Source of the DNA: Lingula anatina
Lineage: Eukaryota; Animalia; Brachiopoda
Direction of reading: 5' to 3'
NCBI GenBank assembly: GCA_051362555.1
Contig: CM120647.1
Location: 17,770,651 to 17,834,650, forward strand
Length of the DNA: 64,000 nt
Shown: piece by piece, positions 12,304 to 24,141 of the stretch
How positions within the stretch are numbered: position 1 is the first letter of the stretch
Layout of the letters: every line of letters begins with the position of its first letter
Program-made: the position numbers and the translations under genes
Notes under the pieces: model-generated
Seen by the model: the letters and a program-made list of their open reading frames with translations, nothing else
What the model was told of the DNA's origin: nothing
Database searches by the model: none

Positions 12304-15300
12304 TCACATTTACATTAAATATGACAGTTAAAAACCATGAGATTCGCGCCACAAAGGGGGCGCTTCCTACTGGCAAAATGAAGGCCTTGCAGCTGATGTC
12401 TATTCATATATTGTTAAAATAAATATATCTATATAAATGTTCACCAAAGAACCCACTTTCTCTACGACTCAAGGGGAGTAGCATGTAACAGCCTAGTTGA
12501 ATCTATTCCCTTGACCTGGAAAATATACCAATTTCATGTCCTTTTACTAGGTCAAGGTCAATCTTAAAGGTGAATAATCCCCTCTTTCTAGCGTGCATGC
12601 AAAGGGCCTCATTTTCAGTGTCATTATAATGAAAAGTGCCTATTCAAAATGAGACCACTTTGGGGAGTGAATTGTTTGCACCACATCTACATAACATATC
12701 AACATTGTTACAACAGAGGTTGATTTCATATGGCTATAGCCCCAAAACTGGTTTGAACTTATAAAACCACATGGAGTCTACTGAGATCCAAGCCAAATCC
12801 CTGAAAGTCCAATTAAATACTGTCATGATTCATTTAATTAAAATTATCTTCGATTTATCTTGTGTCACAGTGGATGTAAATTCTGGGCCTAAAAGTTCAG
12901 ACCAATTTTTTTGGCTAAAGCTCATTCCTGACACATACCCCAGGGCTACTATGAAATGTAAACAACCCACAAATGCTTCCAATGTCAAAAAGTTTCCTTT
13001 TCTACGTAAATTCAAAGTAACATTTTCAAATGGCACATTTAACTAACACAAATACTGCAAGAACACTTGGAACTGTACCTTAATGGCTGCAATGTGAACA
13101 TCACCTATTACAGCTGGATCTTATTTGAAAACCATTGTATTATGTGACCTTGACATTAATAAAGGTCAAGGACTGACCCTTACATCAATCCAAGTCCAGG
13201 ACTGATAACAAAATAAACACACTACTTAATTATCTGCAGCTGTAAGAATCAGTCCTGGTAAATCCATGGTCACATGATACACCAGCATAAATTATATCAA
13301 AACATTTAAAGCGATATTACAAAAACTGAATCTGGAGAGAAAAAGTATATTTAAACAGGTGGAAGGTAGGGTCGGATTGTCACATCCTTGATAAACCAAA
13401 AACCCTACAATGTAACTGAAATGGGAACAGTCTTAATCTTTGTAAAGAGCTTTTTAAAGCGGTTGTTACAAAAGCAAAGCTTTTGTTAAATGAAGCAATA
13501 AAAATGAAAAATAAAAACATTTCACCAAACACTGATGACCTTGACCTATAAAAATTACCATCTCTTTTGATAATGTGAGGATCTTAATGACTTTGGCTTT
13601 ACTTGATGAGAAAATTGTGGAGCATTTTTGTGAAACCATGCAAGAAATGGTTTGGAAAAAATAAATGATATTAAGAGAAATGAAAATTAAATTAAACTAC
13701 AGGGAATGAGACCAGGGACTGTAACTGATTGAATGAAGACCCTCACGCATGAGACAGAAAAGAGACAGAAAACTAACAGTACTTATCTACTGTCAACAAT
13801 GGCAATGAATTAATTCCAAGGACATCCCGCAGTGACCTAATTATATCTATATATATATATAGAATTTCAAATACATATTCAGGTAATTATGCCCTGTTCC
13901 TTGGAACAGTGACAGATTTATATATATATATCTTAATGTATATATATATATATATATTATTTATATGGCAAGAACAGACAATGCAGTGCGGAGTGAGATA
14001 CATGGAAGTTTTCTCTAAGAAGAGTGAATCCTGTTAATAAAACATGTGGCAAAAATTCCATTGATCAACAATCACAAAAAGGGTTTAATATTGCACAATT
14101 ATAAACAACTTTCAAAGGAAAACAAAGCACAGGTCATAGGTGAAAATGGTCTCTCTTTCTCTCTCTCATTCTCACTCACTGGCCAACAGTTTTCTTTTTT
14201 TACAAAATTACAGATATCTCCTAAATAATGATTTTAAAAAATACAACAGCACCCTAATGTCTGATCAGTAAAAATTTTTCTTTCAAAAAGAGAAAAAAGA
14301 TTAAGAAAATGAGCTACACATTCATGTCTTTTTTTTTTCTCCAGCAGTTTGTACTGACAGGTTAGGACTGTCCTCATAAATAAATGCATTCACACACACA
14401 CACACTAGCGTGTATATGCACACATGCACACAAACAGCCCACTATACTGGTAAAGAGCAAACCTTAACATTATTTGTATCTTAAAATCCTCTCCCCCCCC
14501 CCCCCCCCACCCAAGAAAGAACCATACCCTATGTAATATGGCATATCCTCCACATAATAAAATATATTCATTTGATCAAATAATTTCATCTCAATTGAAT
14601 CCAATCTTATTTTAGCAGGTTAGATGTCTAACCTTATCTCAGACAGAAGGGTTTTAAAAATGGACACACATGTAAACTAACTATATCAAACCTGAACCGC
14701 AATACGATGAAAGCTGACAGCTGATTGGGTGCTTATAGCACCTAAAGCCCAATCAAAAGCCCCTTGGCAAAAAACTGCACCAAACATAAACAGTTGGGTC
14801 ATGTTGAGGTCAAAGGTCAGGTGCTCTCATTTCAAAAACCTTCATTATTCCAATACCATATTTTTTTCAAAAAATAATTAACATTTTTTGTAACACAGAA
14901 GAACACATTTTGCAGTTAAATCCAACATGCTAATCCTTTTTATATTTCACCTTTAAGACACAGTTTTTGGAAAATAAATGATCTTTGTTCTAGTTCAGTT
15001 ATTAGTGACAGTTGTCAAAGGAGTATAAGCAATCCCCCTTTAATCAGACATTACTAAAAAAAGTAATGTCCATGAACAAATATATACTAGCAATTTTGTT
15101 TATAATTAGCTGTAAGACTACCGCAACCATCAATCGGTTTCTTTTCTTTTTAGTGCTATTCTTTCACAGTACCTCAACTCTCACTTTTAATACTAGACAC
15201 AAATATAAAACATTGTTTGAATCAATAGCACTACGTATGTAAAATAAATTAGCAAATAACTATTATTGGTGTGTTGTGGGAGGTAAAGAGTAGCTTCCTC

Positions 15301-15364
15301 TGCCTCTCTTTTTACATTCCTGGAAGCTGATTCAATCTAACAAATATTGGAAGAAAGACCAAGT

Positions 15365-15437
15365 AGGTCACACTGACCTGATTTCATTTAAATAGGTCAC
15401 ACTGACCTGATTTAATTAGAGGTCGGTCACCATGACC
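15365..15437. promoter_or_regulatory. Three consensus IR3 (ERE-type) palindromes
   Basis: AGGTCAcacTGACCT at 15365 and 15394; GGTCAccaTGACC at 15425. Function untested. Confidence 0.45.
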
Positions 15438-16295
15438 CGTTTTTGTGATCCAATGTGGGTCTCTCAGATCTGGGTTTGTGAATGTTTCTTCTGGCCTCAT
15501 GTTTGTAAATATCTAGGTTTAAAATTTACTGACCTAAGTTTTGAGGGTGTGGGTCATATGTACATAATTTTCCCTGCACGTGAATCCACTTACTTCAGAA
15601 ATTCTTAACTACAACTGTATGTTATTCTGAAGAGAACCTGCATGTACCTGTTGGGTTCATAAAAGAGTATTTCAGATTGAGGTGAACACCAATGGAAGTC
15701 TGTAAACAGAGTGGTTGACAAAGCCTCAGCAACAGAATCTGCTCGCCGTTTATTAAAGAGACAAATGGTTAAGCCTTGGCAACGGTGCATTCTGCGTCTG
15801 TTTCTAAAAGCTGGACACACACTAACATTCAGTACCATACACAATGAGTAGAATTGAACCAGCTGGCACTTGCTATCAAACAAACAAATAATAATCATAA
15901 TTATTTTTATGAAGGACCCAAAATACAAATACATTTCTGTACACCAGAGAGAGTCAGGACAATATGGCATTACATGCACTGTGCATATGCAGCACACATA
16001 TGCACTGTACACAAAGTATACAGATGCAATGTACATGTGTAGTATACAGACGGACTGTACATATATGCAGTACACATATGCAGCCTGAACATGAGATTTA
16101 GAATTAGGACAAAAAAAAAAAAGATACCAGACACGGGACAATGACAAAATATCTAAAATAAGCTCTACCGAGTGATCCTCAACAGTTCAGTGACTGGACA
16201 TTATGGTGAGAGACTAGACAGATATCTTCCTGTACACAGAGATTGAGATTGCTTCTTAAAGTGAGGATCAACAGCAGTCAACAAATTTGTCTCTG

Positions 16296-16410
16296 CCAGT
16301 AACTCCACCTTGTATCAACCAGTAACTCCACTGTGCCTTGGCCAGTAACGCAACCAAGCTTCAACCAGTTAACTGAATCATATCCAAACCAGTAACTCAA
16401 TTATGTCTCA
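16296..16410. repeat. Degenerate 23-bp minisatellite (CCAGTAACTC core)
   Basis: Core recurs at 16296, 16319, 16342, 16365 and 16389. Confidence 0.7.
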
Positions 16411-17629
16411 ACTAAGCTTCAACTAGTTAGTCAAGCACATCTCAAATAGTAACTCTAGTGTGTCCCAACCAGCTGTTTGATCTTCTACAACCAGATACTC
16501 AACCATCTCAAAAGTATTCAACTGTCTCAACCAAAGCAATGAGAGATGTGAAGGTCTTCTCCACAATCACATCCTACATTATCTCAACTAACACAATGAA
16601 GACCACTGTCTTTCTTGCTATCACATCTATCTCTCTAACTCTAACACACATTCTAGGAATGCGGGGACTTAAGAGAAAATGACCACACCCTATTTTAGAA
16701 AACGCTAGGGAAAAGATGAAATTGTGATGGAGTCTTACTTCACGTCCACAGGTGTCATAATTTCTGATTGTCAAAACTGCTGAACTTTTCTCTGAAATCT
16801 CAGCAGCAGTTCACAGCTAGATGTGGCTTACTGACAAGCATCCCATCTTGATTTTTACACACATTTAAGTTTTATGTTCTGTCAGTGCAAACTCCTCGGC
16901 TGTATACACACATATAAAACATCCTGTACATAATTTTTTTTAAAAAATGAAAAAAAAAAAATCATATGTGAATTTGTTCGCTTGAGTTCTGTTCTAGGTT
17001 GTCAACATCTGTCTCTCTTGTCGGATCTTCCTAGTGCTACTGTGTTGCTCCTATGTTGCTGGATCCCCTTTGCTGGCACCTGAAGGCTTTCTCCTTTACT
17101 AAAATTTTCAATCCCTGAATTTTGCCACGTAGGGAGAATTCATTTTACCCTGTGTATTTGCCATCACCCATACTGAATAATAGCTGCTCCCAGGAGGACT
17201 TTCTTTGTACAACATCTAATGAATATGTCCCTGAAACAAATACATCAATCTGTTATGTATCATTGATTTCCAAGGCCTCTCTCTGAATTTGTTTCCTACT
17301 GATACATACAAACTCAGACAGAGGCTCCATCCCCTTCTCAAGGTGAACAGAAGTTAGGCTGTCACCGCTTACTGTAAACCATACTGCCTTCTGTTTTAAA
17401 CAGTAGCCCTATTATATGAGATTAAATTATATTTTCATCTTGAGGCACCTTATGTTATAACAACTAGATAAATCAAAGCTTTCATTTTGGCAGTCCTGCT
17501 ATACACTTGCACTAAGGCCAATTCCATGTTCTTTTTTGAACTCAGACTCCAGTAGGCAGGGTTTCAGGCTGCTACAATGACGCCCTCTATCTAATAGTAA
17601 CAAGTACCTGCTCTACGCTTGTGCTAATG

Positions 17630-18395
17630 TCAGTACGGCCCACTCTCGCTATCTGGAGATGTCGCTAACATTGACTGATCATTCTTAGGAAAGAAAATAC
17701 TGGGCTCTGTGTTACGGCGCTTTATTTTACTCTTGGTCTTCTTTAACATTGTTGCCTGAAAGAGCAGGAGTTAGAAAGACTATGTTGAATAAGTCAAGAA
17801 TTCCGTCCGTCGTATTATACGTTAAAAGTGCAGGGATGAGACTGTCATTTAGTGAAAAAGTCAGTAAATATGGCAATTGGAACTACTACTGCTTTCACTG
17901 GCAAATCCTACATAGAAACCATTTGGATGATAAAGCGTCCAAAAAGCCAATAATGACTGAAAACAGAGGGAGAGAGAGAGAGGAGAGAGAGGTCTTCATC
18001 ACCTTGAGAGCGGAGCGCAGCACGCCAACCTGTCCCGCAGGCTGGATCCAGGGTTCACCGTCCACTTGGACTGGAAGATCCTGGTACAGGGTGATACGGA
18101 TCTAGCAAAATAATGATATTAATATTAATTACATGCAGGGCTTTTCCCAAGATTGGGGGTACAGGCCGTCCAAAATTACCACCTGTAATTTCCTACAAAA
18201 TTTCAAGAGTCTAAGTATGATTGAAGTTGACAGCTGGACGGTTTTCCGGGAAAAATCCTCGATTACATGATTTCTGATGGATTAGACACTTTGTCTCTAT
18301 GGATTTCTCAAAATACAGATATAAATATTACTGACATGACTTCTGATGGTTTAGAGAATTTATCTTTATGCATATAGTACAACAGAGAATTATAT

Positions 18396-18434
<39 letters not shown>

Positions 18435-21400
18435 AGAGGTCCTCACATGTCCTGCCTGTGCCAGGCGTATGGCACTCCTCAGTCCACTTTGCATCTGGCC
18501 CAGGTGCACCACGCCCGTAATGCCCACAATTTCCAGCAGTCCGTCGTAGTGGGTGGGTGGGGACCAGGAGTCCTCCTTCTCTGGGCCCCAGACATTGGCC
18601 CCAGAACCCCAGCTGGAACAAGATTACACATGGGATATAATCTATTTATACTGCTCATGGTTTCAAGGATTTTTATTTAATAACATTTTTGTGAAAATAT
18701 TTATGAACTTTTGTGCTGGTCTTGCCACTAGCTTTCAAGACCACCTACCCTTGAATAGGGACCAGGGATACCAGCTTACCCCCCCCCCCCAAAAAAAAAA
18801 AAAAATTTAACCAGGTCACCTCGCCAATTACCACTCTGAGTTAAAATCATTCACTGGTAGACCAACACCCAACTACCTATAGGCATTCAGCCTGATGGAT
18901 ACCCTCATGACAATATTGAAATGTAGCTGTTAAAAAAATTGTTCTAAAGTAAGTGATTCTTATCACTAAAACTTTATTAGATGTGACCTAATTCTAGACC
19001 TGAATCGTGATTTGCCAAATCAAGGGGAACTTGAAGTGTCACTAAAGTTCAGCTGTGACAAGTGGGCATGTAAACAAATTTTAAATGAAGAAGCTGGCTT
19101 AGACTCATCGATAAATTATCTTCCTGAAAAAATATTTACTTATTATCTAATAAAAAGATATACCTGAGAATATTCAGAATGATGATGCCTTCCACAGGAG
19201 GGAGTTCCAGTGTCTTCCCGTCACATTCCACTTTGATGAGTTTATTCAGATCTTTGCATGACCGCGGCCGCCTGTTCATAAATTTCCTTAATCCCATCTT
19301 GAAATACATGCCTTTATTCCGTAATCTGAGATACAAATAAATACTCATTAAAATAAACAATACAGCAGAGACATTACAGTAACTAAGAGTTAGATAACTT
19401 AAAACAATACAGCAAAGCCTGAAATATCTAGACAAAAAACAGGATTCAGCATATTGATCCGCACAGAGACACACTACAAACAACAGGCTGTCATCAGCCA
19501 CAGTCTTAATCTTTCCCAGTCCCAGACATATCCAAAACAATGGAGGTGGGAATCGTACCAAATTCAGAGTATCTCCAAGCTTTAAGCTGCTAAAAATCCT
19601 GAAAATGTAGCTTGTCATGTCTCATCCCAATTAGGCCATATATAATAAAGTTATCGAAATGAAGAGTGAAAATCCTGAAATCTGGCATAATGTAGAAAAC
19701 TTTCACCCATGTTGATGACCCAGCTCTATTTTAGTCCTGAGAATCATATTATAATTTATATATTTGAGTACAATAACTAATAAGGAAAAAGGCTAATTTG
19801 ACAACAGATGAATAACCAACATACCTGCTACTAAATTTTTCTGGCTTTTCCTCCCTTGCATTATGAAAGTCTAAGCACACATCAGCATCAACTCCAATGC
19901 CAAAATAATTGTTCATTACAAACATTGTAGACTGATCCTCGTTTGTGTTAGCATCTAAACACTCATTGGCTAAATTCACTCGCGTTTCGTCTTGTTCTTG
20001 TTCATTGGGATGGAATATGACGGTCCATCTGAAATGGGATTGGAATATAAGTAAAAGACTCAAAAGAATGACCAGAAATATTCAACACAATGGGGCAGGC
20101 TTGTGTTTGCTTTTGATAAATAATATAGTTCATCTGTGATTGTTGAAGGCCTTTCTCTTTTTGCCATTGTGAGTGTAAAAGTTCTTTCTCTTCTCGCGAT
20201 GGTTTCTCATTTTCACCGTTTTCCAATTCAAGTTTATACATTTCTCAAAAGAGGCAGAATTAGAGTACTTTCAGATACATTTTTGTCCTTACCTGTCTAA
20301 CTGTATCTCCTCTGCCTCTTTCACGTCCCTTAGTACATTCAGATATGTTTTTATCCTTACCTGTCTAACTGTATCTCCTCTGCCTCTATCACGTCCCTGA
20401 GTACATTCAGATATATTTTTGTTCTTACCTGTCTAACTGCATCTCCTCTGCCTCTATCACGTCCCTGAGTACATTCAGATATATTTTTGTTCTTACCTGT
20501 CTAACTGTATCTCCTCTGCCTCTATCACGTCCCTGAGTACATTCAGATATGTTTTTGTCCTTACCTGTCTAACTGTATCTCCTCTGCCTCTATCACGTCC
20601 CTGAGTACATTCAGAGGGTCTTCACCGCCAGTGTAGCCTGGACCCCAACGCAGGACTCGAGCTAAATCATTACCTAGAAACATTAAAGGGAATGGCATTA
20701 ATAAAACTTATTCTCAATAATCTGTATAAAATACAATTACATGTATTTTGAAGAAAGAGTTCTGATTACGAAGAGTAATGTTTAAGTTACGGCAAATATC
20801 TATTGGTTTTCAACAATTTGTTCTCCTGCTTCTATATGATACTCTTTTTTTTTTCTCTGCTGGCAATTCAGTGGAGCTCTGTGGATTGCCCACATTGTGA
20901 CAATGTCACACCTAACACAATTCAGCCACAAATTGCTCTAGTCGGTGCTGCCCCCTACCTGTGCCCAGTGGAACTATCCCCATGGGAGGTGACTGGCATA
21001 CAGCATCTTGGCCCACATTGTCAAGACAGGACAGCACCCATCCCACGGTGCCATCACCGCCACACACCAGAATCTTGTAGTACGGGATGTTACGGAACAC
21101 ATACAACCTGGAGAAAGGTATACTTTTTTGTAAAGATTCAAAAAAATTCTTATACAACTTGTTTCACACTTAAGTACTGAATGTTTCGGACTACATAGAA
21201 TCTGAGGAAGGTACTAGTTATTATTCTGGTGACCACCAAAATCTCTACAAAATTTCTTTGTAAATATTTAAAATTTCATACACAACTGTTTGGTAACAAT
21301 TCATTACATAACACAACCTCAAATTATTTTTCTGGTTTTACCTTACTAATTGCTTGTGTTTTACTCCAAAATTTGCAAAATTTGCAAACCTCAAAATAAT

Positions 21401-24087
21401 AATAAAAATAATAATAATAATAATAAAATTTATAAATAATTCGGGCATAGAGAATTCCAAGCATTATTTTAGGTAACTCTCACCCTGGTAGAGGTCCACC
21501 ATATTCTAAATTGAACACTTGGTGTGGATTGAGTAGCTTCCTGAAGGAACGGATCAGTTCCAGACCCTGACAGCCCCCACTCTTTACATTCACAAACACC
21601 AATAAAGGAATGACATTCTCTGGGATCATATGAGGCTGGAAAGAAAAAATTTAAAAATAAAAATTCAAAATAGAATATTTTAAGTTATATTTAAGATTCA
21701 TACTATTAATTTCAAAGAACCTTTTGAATTCACAAACACCAATAAAGGAATGACATTCTCTGGGATCATATGAGGCTGGAAAGAAATTTGAATAATAAAA
21801 ATATTTGAGAACAGATAATTTTTAATAAAACTTTGTATTCATACTATTTATTTTATAGAAACTTTTAAATTCACAAATGCCAAAAAAAAGGGGTGGGGGG
21901 GGGGGATGGGATTCTCTGGAATCATCTGACACTTGAATAAATAAAATATTAGGAGAAAAGGAAGAAAAGCACCCCCTAAACATTCACCTTAACATTCACC
22001 CCTAAACATTCACCCCATTTCAGAGCACACTCATTCATAATGCATTTGCTTTAAGCTACATTATTAAGACTGGCGAACCAATGGGAAAATTGTTACAAAA
22101 CTTTATAGAACTACTACAGGAATTAAAGACTAACTGTTTCTAAAACATCAATACAAAGAGTGCCTAATTTATACAGCTGTTCTTTATCAGAGATTTTTAG
22201 GCAGACTTACCTGTATATTGGGCAGTATTTTCAGGCACACTCACCTGTATATTGGGCAGTAGAAGAACTAGGAGCTGTTTTTCATCAAAGATTGCATTTT
22301 TAAGCAGACTGAAAGCACTGGTAGCTTCCTCAGTAGAATTATATGTCAGCACCACTGACCCATACTCATAATAGATCACATCTATATCTGTCCAACGATT
22401 TCCTGGAAAAGACGGTTAACACATCTGAGACAGCCTCGTTTCCTATAGAAGATACTTTAGACATTGAACAAGATTGTACTTCCCAGAAATAATTGAATTT
22501 CCTAGAATAGCTATTTGAAACACTGAAGAAGCTTCAAAATCTAGTTCATATCTAAAAAAAATTGTATTTCCCAGAAAAGGTTGTATTTTTAGAATATATG
22601 ATTAAAACATCTACAAAATTGTTTATCTAAAAAAATATATCAAAACATTTATCAAGAAGGTATTTCCAGGAATACATCTTCAAAACACATAAATAGACAA
22701 GTGACATTTTCTGGAAATGATTTATTGATATTTGAAACAATCAAGATACATTTCCGCAGAAAAAAATATTAGTCAAATGCTCTGCAGATGCCTTCTTTCA
22801 TAGGAGTCAATTCGGGTTAAATTCTAAGTACGCAATAGCTGAAAAAGGTTTGAAAAAAAAATACAAAAACTTTAAAAAATATTCTAAATGAAAGTTGATC
22901 CATGCAGTGGTGTTACTCATAATGATGAAATTTATAACTGTTTAATTTTTACACAATAAGCTGATGAAGTCCCAAGTGTTGGGAAGAAGGCTTTCCAGGT
23001 ATCCTTTCAGCTTATTGCGAAAAAAAAAAAGTGAACCGTTTTAGATTTCATCATTATGAATTAAAATGAATAAATAAATACACACACACAGACATTTATA
23101 TCTTACCTTTCCCCAGATTATCAATTAAAATCTTCTCATACTGTTTTTGCGACAAACCGCTGGGTAAATTCCCCACAAACAGGGCCACAGTGGGTCCATG
23201 GGGATCCTCCTGCTGTTGGATATAGAATCGCGTCATGCGGTTCTGACGCAGCGACTCCTTCCTGGTCTGCTGTATAATCTGCCATGGCCTCTCTTTGGCC
23301 TCCATCCTCCTCTCCGCCACTCCTCTGTCCAGCAGCACCTCGATGAGTTCATAATGCTCGGGGTCCGTCATCTGGAAATACAAAGTAATGAAGAGTACTG
23401 ATAATGAAATTTCTATGTTTCTGAAAAAAAATGTACTTTTCGGTTTTCACACCTGCAACACCAGTTCCATTTTCTAAGTGAACATATTTTTATAATTTTT
23501 ATTACAATGTACTAACAGTTCCAGTTTCTAAGTGAACATATTATTATAATTTTTATTACAATGTACTAGCAGTTCCAGTTTCTAAGTGAACATATTATTA
23601 TAATTTTTATTACAATGTACTAACAGTTCCAGTTTCTAAGTGAACATATTATTATAATTTTTATTACAATGTACTAACAGTTCCAGTTTCTAAGTGAACA
23701 TATAATTATAAATTTTATTACAATGTACTAGCAGTTCCAGTTTCTAAGTGAACATATTATTATAATTTTCATTACAATGTACTAGCACTTCCAGTTTCTC
23801 ACCTCCACTCCAAATTTCCCCAGCGCCATCTGGATCACCTCCACAGCAGTGGTCTCCTTGGTGACAGGGATATTCTTGGGACCCATATTATTCCTATGGA
23901 CACAAAAACAGCGCATTGTTTACATAGCTTTTTGAGAAAATACCTCAAATCACAAAGGACTATTGCTATTTTGAATGATACATACATACACATACAAGCA
24001 GACATGCACATGTACACTCACACATTCAATCACACATGATCATACAAAAACCCAGACTTACATATAAGCACATATGCGCACACACAT

Positions 24088-24141
<54 letters not shown>

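Noticed and set aside
17624-17632. TGA-C readthrough context at the DGK stop
   Set aside because: A second stop (TAG) follows after one codon, so no meaningful extension results.
20272-23802. Regular repeats superficially like CRISPR arrays
   Set aside because: They are head-to-tail tandem units with no unique spacers, in eukaryotic introns, with no cas genes.
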